From: Alloascoidea hylecoeti
Taxonomy: Eukaryota
Assembly: GCA_001600815.1 (NCBI GenBank)
Contig: BCKZ01000006.1
Coordinates: forward strand, 434,001 to 498,000
Direction of reading: 5' to 3'
DNA length: 64,000 nt
Shown: one piece after another, positions 21,761 to 33,483 of the stretch
How the letters are laid out: each line of letters opens with the position of its first letter
Position numbering within the stretch: position 1 is the stretch's first letter
Translations under genes and position numbers: made by a program
The notes under the pieces: model-generated
Seen by the model: the letters and a program-made list of their open reading frames with translations, nothing else
The model's database searches: none
What the model was told of the DNA's origin: nothing

Positions 21761-23689
21761 GAAAGGGAAAAACGGCTCTCTATGCATATAAGACTTATAT
21801 GAAGTTTTCTTTGAATTTCATCATATATCACATAGAAGAATGTAAATAATTATATTATTGTAAAGTTTACAGAATCGTAAGATATTTAAATTGAGTTGAA
21901 TTAATTATTGCTCTCCTCATAAATTTTTAGAATTCGGGAGCCTATTTTTGATCATCAACATCATATTTCCTACGACAATTAAATCAATTAATTATATTCC
22001 ACCTAATATAATTATACTGCGATCGGAAAAACATCTGTAAATAATAAGTTTCATTGGTTTAAATAAAGTGATTGAATAATTATAATTATGAAACAAATGA
22101 AAATAATTAGGTAGTATCTTGAAGACTTCATATTATGGAGAGAAATTGAAATTCCAGAATTATAATTCACAACCTATTATAAGTGTATGATTGTGTAGTT
22201 ATATTAGCTATCGATCGCACGCGACAATATACGCGATTAATTGTTTCAGTTTGTTATTTGAGTAAATATCAATATTATTAGTACTAGATACATATACAGG
22301 TAGCTATTATATATAAATTAAAGGAAAAACATATTCATTCAGAACTGGTCTTCATTGAATTCAAAGTAGAACCCTTAATATAAGATTATACAAGAAGCTA
22401 TAAGGTATAACTTATATAGTCTATATAGCCCTACAAAAAGCTTATAGATACATGTATATGATCATGATAGTCTATGTGAAGTTACGATATTTAAATCTGA
22501 ACACATGCATTTAATTTTAGACTCCAACTCATCGGAATGTCATTTTGCCGAGCCCTATATTTCCCACTAAATAAGCTTATAGCTATATGTAGACGTGTTT
22601 AAATGAAACCCTTATATGATATCAGCTTATCTCTAATTATAATATAAGCATATGATACCCTTGAAAGTCGGGATAAATTGGGTATGCTAAAATATTGTAA
22701 AGGTGAATCAGATTGAAATATGTTCACGTGGGTTGGAGGTTTCCATCAATACAGGGGATTTAAATTCATATTCAGCTGAAACATATATATATAAGATATC
22801 ACAAATGCCTAGAATTACACTAACCCACCCATTTCTTTCCTATATAATAGTGCTTACTTATATGAATATTTAGTTTAAATGTTAGCACGGCTCATAATTA
22901 ATACTTACAATATATCTCCATCTTGATCTAAATTATTTGTGATCCGGACCCAATATCGAAAGTTAGATTTTAAATTCATCACAAAATATATCCTCTGCAT
23001 GGCCTGCCTCTAAACGCATATTCGGATTCCGAAACCTCCATATAAATATTCTATTATAAAAAAAAAAATATGATAAAACTGTTGCCTTCATTAAGTTCAC
23101 ATTCTTCAATTATAATTATAATTATGAAAACTACGGTTGTGGATCTAGTTAAGATTAATATTTAGATCTAGAGAACAAACGGCAAGTTAAAGAAGTTTAG
23201 GTATATATCTTGTACGTATACGTCGCATATTACTACCATATACAAAAGACATCCCAATTATAATATAATTTTTATAATATATTGATAATAGAATATGAGA
23301 ACCTTATTTATAGCTAAACTATGATCAGAATTCGAATGTGAATATTTTCTTATTGAAATTAGAGACTGGTAGCGGTTGTAATCACGAGAGATTTGAGTTT
23401 CTAGATATATTAAGAGAACTAGGGCACACTATATCTAAGAAAATGACCATATATATAGGGAATATATATGAAGAATATATATGTAGATACAACTAGCTAT
23501 ACGTATATTTAAAACCACCACCTGATGATAATTGCAAGCTTGAAGGTATCTTAATGTAGACAAAGAAATATAATATAAGCTCACATATAGGCCCTATACC
23601 GTATAACTTGATACGTAGAATCGGACCTCCGAATAAAAACAACTAAGTGTTGGATTTATATATAGAAAAAGCCGCTTAAGGAGATCTAG

Positions 23690-24445
23690 ATTACTTTTAA
23701 GCCTGGTTTATGAATAATTAACTAAGCACGAGGAAGTATCGATACTGGTAGTTTCACCATCAAAATTGGTACCGGTTGATCACATAACGAATCAGCCGTA
23801 CGTATGAACCAAACTAATACATGTATTCCCCACATCACGTCAAGCCAGATATTTATATAATTATACAAATAGAAGTAAAAATTATATATCAGATATTATA
23901 TATAGTAGCATTCAATTGATGCATAACATGACATAAAAAAAGATGGGGAAAATCTGGGGTACTTTATGGCATCTGGTGGTTACATTCAAGGTTTGAAATT
24001 GACCTCTCAAGATTATACATGGAACAATCGAAACATTCCTCATGATCAAGATATATATATACAACAACGTGTAAACTCTTGATAAACTTTATTTGAAAAT
24101 ACCTTAACTGAACTTTAATCATTTTTAACCATTTGAAATATAAATGACTCAGTTGGCTACAGATAAAAAAGTAATATTTCGTCCATGTAGCAAAAGAACG
24201 GGGGAAAAATCGAATGGAACAAGTGTGTTGCCTCGCGAGCTCTTCGGACCTAAATCTCATTGACGAGCACACGCCGCGCGATATAGAGTTAACTACAATT
24301 CAATGAAAGGTGACGCCAAGAAGGTCAAGAAGATCAAGAATTGCCTTTAGGTAGTATTTAAAGAGTTATGGAATCAATTAGATGAATATATTTTCGACCA
24401 ATTCATCGCATCCATGCCATAGCGACTAAAACAAGTTATAGGACT
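23690..24445 (+). pseudogene. Second Tc1-family DDE transposase fossil
   Basis: Plus-strand fragments in order: HHQNWYRLIT/NESAV (~23755-23800; cf. W..VI.SDES), KIWGT/MASGG (~23949-23980), QGLKLTSQDY, VHVAKE (24181), SSDLNLID (24241-24264; cf. SPDLNPIE), FKELWNQLDEYIFDQFIASMP*RLKQVI (24357-24440; cf. W..I....I..LI.SMP.RL..VI). Confidence 0.85.
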
Positions 24446-25171
24446 ATATGTACTAGAATTGTCTACAACATTGCCTCAGATTTTTGCACGCATACAAATA
24501 GTTAAGAAATAGGGTTACGTTTTCATATGCATACGCACATAAATTTTACTTTATCTAGATGAATCCATGCATATGTATTCTCCGATATTTCTCTATGAGG
24601 TAATAAATATAAACAATTGCATAAGTATTTTCTGAAGACCAAAACTTAGCGCGGGAAAAAAGCTTTTTATTTAAGTTTCCGGCACCATATAGTAATACAG
24701 TATTAATATTAGATACTAGAGTACTATTTAATAATTAGAGCCGCAATTCTTAGTTATAGATGCTACCATTTAACATAGTACCGATGTTCTCGAATTATGG
24801 AACACGAAGAAAATTTATCAATAGAAACATTATCAGTCCAATATTTGTTCTTCCAATCGAATTAACTGTTTTGTGTTCCAAAACTAGTGCTTTTATAAAA
24901 CCTTATAGCTTATCATTATATGAATAACTGTTTTTTATCTGATGTCTATTGCTTGTGGATGGATTGAGGGATACATTGTCTAAGAAAGAATACTGCGCTT
25001 GATATTGATAAAAATAAATATATATTTTCTAGATCTATTGAAGCTATAAAGTTTACATATTTTTAAATTCATTAATATAATATTCAATCATCTATAACTT
25101 TTGGTTTGTTTTACTAAAATACACAGAAACGAATATAGTGGAATTGTTTGTCGTTCGAATTAACGAAAAAA

Positions 25172-27739
25172 TTACCGTCTTCCAATTGTGCCTTGTCCTA
25201 TTGACCCATACTGGTTATAACCAAAGCCATTATTGCTATTATTACCGTTAAGATTCTGACCCTGAGGACTTGGGAAGGAGTTAGGGGGTAGAGGCAAGGT
25301 TTGTTGTGTTGTTGATTCAAAAGAAGGTCCTGAAATTTGGTTTATATAACCATTTGTCTCTTGAGAAAAATTTTGAGGGGGGTTTTGGTGGAATTGACCC
25401 AATCCAATCTGAGGTAATTGCGAGGGTGAAGGTTGTAACTGAGAATTTCCATTAGATGTAAAAGGTTGAGTATATGGACCAGGAATTCCGCCACTAATAC
25501 TGGGTCGTCTATTAGGAGGCGAGTTAGAATGAGATTGTGGTGAGGATACATAACTTTTGTAAGCTTGAATCCCATTAGTACCATTCATACTTCCCAGATT
25601 AGATAAATGTAGAGGTAATTGTGAATGGGTTTGTTGATACTGTGGAAATGGTAACGATTGAGATGATTGCTGTTGATATAAAAATGGTTGTTGATTAGAT
25701 TGCCCATTAACTGGAGGCTGCTGTTGGTACATATGTTGTGATATATTGGAAGGGATTTGATGCTTCTGTGGAATGGTATTGTTATTGGCAGTTAAAGGTG
25801 GTGGTAATGAAATGTTTTGAACATTATCAGATCTTTCATTCCGAAACCCTTGAATGTGAGGTAATTGGGGTTGTTCATGTTTTTGTGGAATCAGGTTTGA
25901 AATACTTGGAATTGAAACCTGAGATTGATCAGCATTAGGTAATGTTAGGAAGGACTGGGGAACAGATTGTAATTGGTTAGTATGTGGTTGAAACATACTA
26001 TTAGGGTTCTGTATCGTAGATGTTTTATTTTGATTCGGCGATAATGATGAAGAATGAGAAATAGATCCATTAATTACAGTTTGTGGTTTGGACGCGTTCT
26101 CTTTCAGCTCAGATTCATCTTTAATTTCTGCGGCAGGAGAAGCGGCGTGAAGTTCACTTAATCTCTTTTGTCTAGCAATTTCTCTTTCTGCCCTCAATTT
26201 CTTATGTATTTCTTTTTGTACATCCTCTGCTATGCCTTTGACTACAAGTCCCTTTTCTACCTTCTTTTTGGTTTCTTCCATTTTCTTCAGTCTTATCCTT
26301 TCTCTTCTTTCCTCCTTCTCTTTTTCTTCTTTTTCTTTTTTCAACTTTTCTTCCTCTTCTCTTTGTTTCATTTTTTCCTCTAATCTAGAAGAGCGCTTTC
26401 TGTTTACCAACAAAAAAGATTTATTTCGTTCCTTCTCGCGATGAACTGAATTCTTACGACGGTTAACCTCAGCTTCCTCAATTTCTGGAACGACTTGTGT
26501 TGTTAAAAATCTGTATAATTGCTTATTATAGGTTGAATTAGCCTGTTTTTTTTTCAATGCTGTTAAAAATATTTCCCAGTCAAAGATTGAAGCGCAAACA
26601 CAATTCCAGGTTATTGAAACCGGTTCAATGTTCCAAGGATCCTTCTCCAAATTTGTGGATTCTGAGCTTTCATCTGCAATACTAGTTTCTTCTGGCTCTT
26701 CTTCCTTCTTCTCTAGTTCTTCAGAGTCTGCTTTTGTAAATAGTCTTGTGCCTCTTCTTCTTCGCTTTTTGTTACCTCCACTATAGTATTTATTTTTTCT
26801 CTTTTTCTTTAAGACCTTAGACTCTAGTTCCTCCTTAATTTCACTTGATGGAAAATGTTCAACCTTGAGATAGAGTCTGTTATCATCTAACAAATAGTAT
26901 GCACCATTATCATCTTTGTCGGTAAAATCAGACCACCCAATCGGTTCAACACGGTACTCTTGATGCTCAGTTGGTAGATCATCTATAAGACTCCTGAAAT
27001 ACTCGGTTTGTGAAAGATAAGTAGTGAAAAAGTGAAGAGTATCAACCTATGCATATAGTTAGACATTAGTACTAGAAACGACGGAAAAATATTCACTTAG
27101 AAAGGAAAACATGAATTTTATACCTTTTCAGCATCTGAGAAATCTTCCCAGTTAGTTGAATCTTCATCCGTTCCAAATGGGTTTGAAATGGAAGGATCAT
27201 AAGACACTACAGATTTATAGAATTTTCTGGCGTTGGCATTGAAAGTTTCAACCCTAGCAAAAATAGTTAGTAGAGATACAAGACATTTAAGTTAAGAAAA
27301 TAACATACTTTATATTTTTGGAGCCAGTCATGGCATACAGTAAATTCACCCGTAGTTTATCAATCAAGGTTGGCGGTTGTTGGATTCCCATCAACTCTTC
27401 TTCAATGACCTAAATTGCAATTGACAGTTAGCACATCACGATACAATAAACCTAATAACAGTTACGCGTCGACAACAAGCCACTTACATCTATCTCGATG
27501 TTTTCGGATGCCATTTTAATAATAGCCGAGAAAAATCCACACCATTGGATTAACGTTGCGAACTTCCAGTTGCTTCTGAGTTGCTTCAAGCGCGAGCCAA
27601 AACGGGCCTGGGATTCCTTAGTTTCGAGGGCCAGCTCATACGTGGGATGAAGCTTAGCTAGGGCCAGTTTCGTTTCCTCGGAAATGATGGTCAGGGAGGC
27701 CAAATTTCGAGGGACGGGAGTCGGAGATGGTTTTGGCAT
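25172..27739 (-). CDS. DDT/WHIM-domain ISWI-associated protein (Ioc3/Esc8/RSF1-like), 4 exons
   Basis: Exons 27739-27488, 27409-27309, 27253-27124 and 27046-25172 splice in frame (donors GTAAGT, GTATGT, GTATAA; branch GCTAAC/TACTAAC/TCTAAC; TAG acceptors). DDT-like 'LRSNWKFATLIQW', WHIM-like 'RVEPIGW..D..YYLLDDNRLY' and 'WNCVCASIFDW', coiled coil, Q/P-rich tail. Confidence 0.8.
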
Positions 27740-27949
27740 GGTTGGGTTGGATGGGAGGAAGACTAACAATAATAACTTGAAATAAAATAATAGGTGATGC
27801 GGGTGCGGGACGAGGAGTACGCTATCCGCAGCATTCCAGCGTAAACACAGGCACTATATCAGGTACAGGCCAACGTCAAGCGGCATAATTTTTGTCCTGT
27901 TCCATCTCTTTCACAATTTTCTTCACATTCCCCATAATCCTGTAAGCAT

Positions 27950-30900
27950 ATGATGGTCGCACCTGCTACGAACACTGCTAGGATCGACACCCCCAGAAGC
28001 GTCCCCCCACCACAGTTCCAGAATGGCAATGGCCAGCCACAACCAAACATCCCGGGACGAAAACCCCCGAAAACCCCGTTTCATCGTAGATCCATTGGTG
28101 ACTGGGACTTCAGCGAAACCATCGGCGCCGGTTCCATGGGAAAAGTCAAATTAGCACAGTCACGGATACGTCCAGGAACATATGCGGCGGTGAAGATCAT
28201 TCCTCGTGCCGTCCATATCTATTTACGCGAACACCAGGCTTTACCTTCGCCCGCGGACCCGGCTGCAGTGAAGAGGAGACGACAAGAACTGGAAAAGGAG
28301 GAGTCCAGAGATCGAAGGACGTTCAGAGAAGCTGCTATTGGAAAACTACTGGATCATAAATACATCTGCAAGCTATACGATATGGCGGCCATGACAAACC
28401 ATTTCTACATGGTGTTTGAGTATATCAGTGGTGGTCAACTATTAGATTATATTGTGTCTCATGGGTCACTAAAAGAAAAACAAGCACGAAAATTCGCAAG
28501 ATGTATCGCAAGTGCTCTGGACTATATCCACCATCACTCCATTGTACACCGCGATTTGAAGATTGAAAATATTTTGATTTCTAAGAATGGTGATGTTAAA
28601 ATCATAGATTTCGGCCTTTCAAATCTCTACGATAATGACAAGTTATTAGAAACATTTTGTGGTTCCCTATATTTTGCCGCACCCGAATTACTCTGTGCAC
28701 AATGTTATACAGGTCCAGAGGTAGATGTTTGGTCCTTTGCCGTTGTCCTTTATGTCCTGGTATGTGGCAAGGTTCCATTTGATGATCAGTCTATACCTGT
28801 CCTTCACTCGAAAATTAAAGCGGGAAAAGTTGAATACCCAGAATCCCTATCAAAGGACTGTATTGATTTACTGTCACGAATGTTTGTTGTTGATAGATCT
28901 CAAAGGGCTACTCTACAAGAAGTTTTAAATCATCCATGGTTGAACAAGAATTATGATGGACCCCCTGACTCATATGTTCCATTTCGAAAACCTTTGGAAT
29001 TACCAATAGATCCCGAGATTATTAAAGGAATGATTGGTTTTAATTTAGGCACAGAACAACAAATCACAGTAGAACTAACAAATATATTGAGCTCTTCTGA
29101 ATACTTGAGTAGTGTTGAACATTGGTATACTTTACAACGACAGAAAGAATTACGAGAAAAGGAACGTGAAGATAAAAAGTCGCCTAGGCAAATAGGTGAC
29201 CTATATCGTAAAATAAAAATGCACGGGTCAGGTTCAGGTTCAGATTCTTCAATGGAAAACAAATCTTCGAATTCATTTTCACATTCGTCCAGCAATATCC
29301 GGGATCCAACCAATGCATACAATCCATTGATCTCAATATACTTTCTTGTAAGAGAAAAACAGGAGAGAGATAGGAAAGAACAAATAGAAAGGGCACAAAT
29401 TCTTGAAAAACAGAAATTAGAAAATGAAAGGAAAGTTTCACTCTCACTCTCAAAATCCATAACCTCTCCTCAGGAACCAAACCAGCAGCCACAACTATAT
29501 TCACCTCGCCAAAGGATTAGTGTCAAAACCGCTAATAACAATGAACATGACATAAACAATCTATCTCCTAGTACATCTAAACCCCAACCCGGGACTCAAA
29601 CACAATCTCAACAACAAGAACGAGTGGCTCCCCCTCCACCTCCATATCCAACGTATCCACAACAACCCCCAGGTTCAATTATTAGACTTGGCTTGCCTCA
29701 TATTAGTATACCCGAAGCTGCGCATACTCCTAACTATGCACCTTTGGGGAGTCGAGCTCACCCTCCACCCTCTACAGCTGGCCCCACTCACCAACGCGCT
29801 CAATCGGTACAAATTCCACAAAAGCCTAAATTATCAATTGATTATGAACAGAAAGCCCCCCCTCAATTTTCGACAAACACTGTTAAAAGTGATCCCAAAT
29901 ATAAATCTATTCCAGTTTCACCTCCTACTACATTTAATCCCCCACAAAATAAGCATGTTCACCATTCATATTCTATGGACGCTGGCTCGAATCCTATAGG
30001 TTCTCTAATAAGACGTTTGAGCGGTAGAAAGCGAAAAGATATACTCCCTACTCATGTCAACACGGGAGCTTTATCTGGCACTGGCGCTGGTTTTAACTTT
30101 CCACCAGATAAAGGGCTATCTTCCCCAATCAAAGCCATTCCTAATAATGCGCCAAGTACCCCATCAACACCATCTAGAAGACAATTTACCCCTAATAATT
30201 CACTACCTGTACCAAACATCCCAGAAAATGACGTTTCATCTTCTTCACACTCAAATGGAAATACACATCAGGCTTCCGAGGAATCACCACGGTTAAATAC
30301 TCATATGACCCGTACAAATAATATTTTCGCACCTCCTCCACATCGAGGAATGTCCCTTCGAGTTTCTCCCCGCACAAATCTCTCTGTTACTAATGGTAAT
30401 AGTGGGGGTCCCCAATCGCAATCGGGAGTGAAGCGTACTCATATGAGATCACATTCTGTTAACCCAGCAATATTGAATCACACAGGTAAAAATTCTAATG
30501 GCAATGGTCCTTTGAGTCCCAATCCTCCCAGTGTCAATTTTAATGTTGACACTTCACAATCTCAACTAGGTGTTCCAAAACCTTCAAATAATCTTCCAAA
30601 TAATACTAACCCAAGAAAAATGCACCCAAATGCAAGAGCAAAAAGTGTTGGGCATGTCAGAAAGGAATCTTTGACGTTTAAGAGGGAAGACAACACGCCA
30701 CCAACGGCCGATATAAACATGTCTAGTCGAAACAATTCATTTGAACCTCATGATGAGCAATTCTATGATGTTATTTTGGAGACAGATAACGAATTATCAA
30801 GAAAACCGACAAGACGATCATTGTTACCAGCAACATCAAAGGTAGAAACGACTCCAGTTAGTATGCCTTCAATTGAGTTCCCTAGACAATTACTTCTAAG

Positions 30901-31636
30901 AGGATTCTTTTCGGTTCAAACTACTTCCACCAAACCTTTAGTTGTTATTCGAGCTGATATAATTAGGGTCTTAAGTCATTTAAATGTCGAATTTAAGGAG
31001 GTTAAGGGTGGATTTTTATGCTCTCACGCACCTAGTATTGAAGTTGGGGTTATTCCTCAACCAACTCAAGCTGCTGTTGTTCCTTCTTCAGTTCACACTA
31101 GCGCGGACAAAGAGTTTAGGAGCGATACATCCTCTTCATCCTCTTCTGATGATCGTGGTTCAGGTTCGTCGCATCAATACTCTTCAAGTCATCATTTATC
31201 CGCTTCAAGAACACCTACTTCATCTCATCGCCGGAAGTTTTCTATCGGTTCAGGATTTTTAGGTTATCGTAAGAAGGCATTTAGCGGATCAAACGACAAC
31301 AGCAATACTAATACAAACGACGAAACCGAAACAGGCGAATCTGATCAAAGCTTAGAAAGTGTTGGCCTTGGAATTGGTGGCTCAGATATGCTTGGGTCTC
31401 ACTTTGACTATCAACCAAAACAGCAAACTGCGGCACCCAGTCAAGGATCATCTACAGCTAATAATCAGCAGCAAATTTCGTATCGACCTAGGCCAAGGAC
31501 TCCCTTACAGTTTGATATTTATATTGTTAAGGTACCACTATTGAATTTGTATGGTGTTCAGTTTAAGAAAAATATGGGCAATACATGGTTGTATAAAGAA
31601 CTGGCTGCCAAAATATTAGGAGAGTTGAAATTATAA
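27950..31636 (+). CDS. KIN1: Kin1/Kin2 (MARK/Par-1) Ser/Thr kinase
   Basis: GAGSMGKV, HRDLKIEN, DFG, TFCGSLYFAAPE, C-terminal KA1 domain ('FDIYIVKVPLL...GNTWLYKELA'). Confidence 0.95.
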   Translation: MMVAPATNTARIDTPRSVPPPQFQNGNGQPQPNIPGRKPPKTPFHRRSIGDWDFSETIGAGSMGKVKLAQSRIRPGTYAAVKIIPRAVHIYLREHQALPSPADPAAVKRRRQELEKEESRDRRTFREAAIGKLLDHKYICKLYDMAAMTNHFYMVFEYISGGQLLDYIVSHGSLKEKQARKFARCIASALDYIHHHSIVHRDLKIENILISKNGDVKIIDFGLSNLYDNDKLLETFCGSLYFAAPELLCAQCYTGPEVDVWSFAVVLYVLVCGKVPFDDQSIPVLHSKIKAGKVEYPESLSKDCIDLLSRMFVVDRSQRATLQEVLNHPWLNKNYDGPPDSYVPFRKPLELPIDPEIIKGMIGFNLGTEQQITVELTNILSSSEYLSSVEHWYTLQRQKELREKEREDKKSPRQIGDLYRKIKMHGSGSGSDSSMENKSSNSFSHSSSNIRDPTNAYNPLISIYFLVREKQERDRKEQIERAQILEKQKLENERKVSLSLSKSITSPQEPNQQPQLYSPRQRISVKTANNNEHDINNLSPSTSKPQPGTQTQSQQQERVAPPPPPYPTYPQQPPGSIIRLGLPHISIPEAAHTPNYAPLGSRAHPPPSTAGPTHQRAQSVQIPQKPKLSIDYEQKAPPQFSTNTVKSDPKYKSIPVSPPTTFNPPQNKHVHHSYSMDAGSNPIGSLIRRLSGRKRKDILPTHVNTGALSGTGAGFNFPPDKGLSSPIKAIPNNAPSTPSTPSRRQFTPNNSLPVPNIPENDVSSSSHSNGNTHQASEESPRLNTHMTRTNNIFAPPPHRGMSLRVSPRTNLSVTNGNSGGPQSQSGVKRTHMRSHSVNPAILNHTGKNSNGNGPLSPNPPSVNFNVDTSQSQLGVPKPSNNLPNNTNPRKMHPNARAKSVGHVRKESLTFKREDNTPPTADINMSSRNNSFEPHDEQFYDVILETDNELSRKPTRRSLLPATSKVETTPVSMPSIEFPRQLLLRGFFSVQTTSTKPLVVIRADIIRVLSHLNVEFKEVKGGFLCSHAPSIEVGVIPQPTQAAVVPSSVHTSADKEFRSDTSSSSSSDDRGSGSSHQYSSSHHLSASRTPTSSHRRKFSIGSGFLGYRKKAFSGSNDNSNTNTNDETETGESDQSLESVGLGIGGSDMLGSHFDYQPKQQTAAPSQGSSTANNQQQISYRPRPRTPLQFDIYIVKVPLLNLYGVQFKKNMGNTWLYKELAAKILGELKL

Positions 31637-32475
31637 GTGATTTCGATAATTCTACGCTTCTAGTAATAAAAGGCATTATCTCCAACAACTAATTTCAGAC
31701 ATTCGCTCTAAAAGGCATTGGACTCATCTTTTTTTTTTTTTTTCGTCTTCGATTTGCGTTGCTTATGTATATGGGATAATATTTACTGGTCTAAAAGTAC
31801 TGGTACTCTTTAATTTTTTAATTTTTTAATTTTTTTAATTTTTTTCCTAATTAATCTTATATATTCTGATATTTGGCCCTTATATTGACTTGCATGATAA
31901 TATATATAGTAAAGATTTTCAGAATTCTTAAAAAATCTCTAAACTAATCTGTCTATCGTTTCTTTGTAACTTTAAACTCAATACATATAATTTCTTTCTT
32001 AAATAGCTATGATTGATCAGCTCGAAATTAATTAATATTAGTAATTTATCTGACTTTGGAAAGTATAATAGAAGTTAATGGCTAAAAATATAATATTAAA
32101 ACTTATAGCTCTCGATTGGAGAGCCTCTAACATATCTAGATGTTACATGTAACAGCTCTTTGGCTTAGATCCCATGACGATGATAATTTTTATAAAGGAT
32201 TGAATTTAGTTTGAGCCGATGGATATTACAAACAAGTTCCGGGTAAATGTTAACTTTCATTCACCCGGGAAAAACATGCTAAACTTACGGGGTGAGTCTG
32301 GGAGTATAATTGATTCCCGCATGCCTTATTATTCAACAATGTCAACGTAGAGTTCCTCACATTCAATCAATCTTGGTGATAAGTTCATCTACTCCCTCTA
32401 TATTTTTACTATCATCATTACGTAAAGATTTCAAGCTACTAGTAATATTCATATAAACGTAAAGATATTTTCATT

Positions 32476-33483
32476 ATGGTAATTCCTACTATAACCGTTA
32501 TTGGTTCACTCAACTATGATTTGGTGACATATTCACCGTTTATTCCAAAATCTGGAGAGACTATGACTGCTACTCGATTTGAAACACATAATGGCGGGAA
32601 AGGGCATAATCAAGCATTGGCTTCACAAAGAACTTTGCCAATGACAGATGCCTCTTTAGATGCTCCCAAGATAAGAATGGTCGGGAGAATTGGAGATGAT
32701 TTGTTTGGAAAACAATTGAAAGGTGGACTTGAAAAGGAAGGTGTAGATGTTCAACATGTTAAAGTGATTACAGAGAAGGATAGTAATGGAGATTCAGTTT
32801 CTACTGGTGTAGCCACCATTTTAGTGGAAGAAAAAACAGGTGATAACAGAATTTTGATCACTTTAGGCGCTAATGGATATCTTGTTAATTTAAACTACGA
32901 AGACATTTTCCCATCACCCACTTCTAATGATTATGTTATTTTACAGAATGAACAAACTGATATCGAAGCATCACTAACTTGGTTGGAAACTAATCGTCCG
33001 AATTATAAGTTAATTTATAATCCATCACCCTTCATTGGTTTACCTGATGAATTATGGCAGGGAGTTGACTATCTCCTCCTTAATGAAACTGAAGCTAAAC
33101 AATTGGTGGAACATTTATTTAAAGTTTCTTTAGATGATGATGATGTACCAATTCTTCCTCGTGTGAAAGGGTACATTTCAAAACTTATAACAAAACTATC
33201 CAAGAGAACGACTATCATTATAACAATTGGTCCTGATGGTTGTTACTATCATTCTAATGATTCTGAAGATTATCATAAAGGATATAATATTCCTAAAGAA
33301 AAGGTTATTGATACAACTGGAGCCGGAGATACTTTCTTGGGTGCATTGGTTTCATCTCTCTCTTGTAATTGGAATTTGGATAAATGTATCGACTATGCAA
33401 TCAAAGCGAGTGCTCTTGCCGTAACAAAACGGGGAGCTGCTGATGGTATACCTTATTATAGAGAGGTATTTAAAATACTCTAG
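32476..33483 (+). CDS. RBK1: Ribokinase (PfkB family)
   Basis: 'IGSLNYDLV', 'GGKGHNQA', 'LQNE', 'DTTGAGDTFLG'. Confidence 0.95.
   Translation: MVIPTITVIGSLNYDLVTYSPFIPKSGETMTATRFETHNGGKGHNQALASQRTLPMTDASLDAPKIRMVGRIGDDLFGKQLKGGLEKEGVDVQHVKVITEKDSNGDSVSTGVATILVEEKTGDNRILITLGANGYLVNLNYEDIFPSPTSNDYVILQNEQTDIEASLTWLETNRPNYKLIYNPSPFIGLPDELWQGVDYLLLNETEAKQLVEHLFKVSLDDDDVPILPRVKGYISKLITKLSKRTTIIITIGPDGCYYHSNDSEDYHKGYNIPKEKVIDTTGAGDTFLGALVSSLSCNWNLDKCIDYAIKASALAVTKRGAADGIPYYREVFKIL

Noticed and set aside
22724..22730. TCACGTG resembling point-centromere CDEI
   Set aside because: Not followed by a very AT-rich CDEII and a CDEIII CCGAA element at the right spacing; the lineage appears to be outside Saccharomycetaceae.
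22995..23040. 'WPAS' fragment as a possible third transposase relic
   Set aside because: No supporting Tc1 motifs in order around it.
23964..24272. 102-aa minus-strand ORF
   Set aside because: Non-ATG start and antisense to the Tc1 relic.
28510..28765. Alternative yeast (CUG-Ser/Ala) genetic code
   Set aside because: CTG encodes conserved Leu positions in the kinase (SALDY, YVLVCG).
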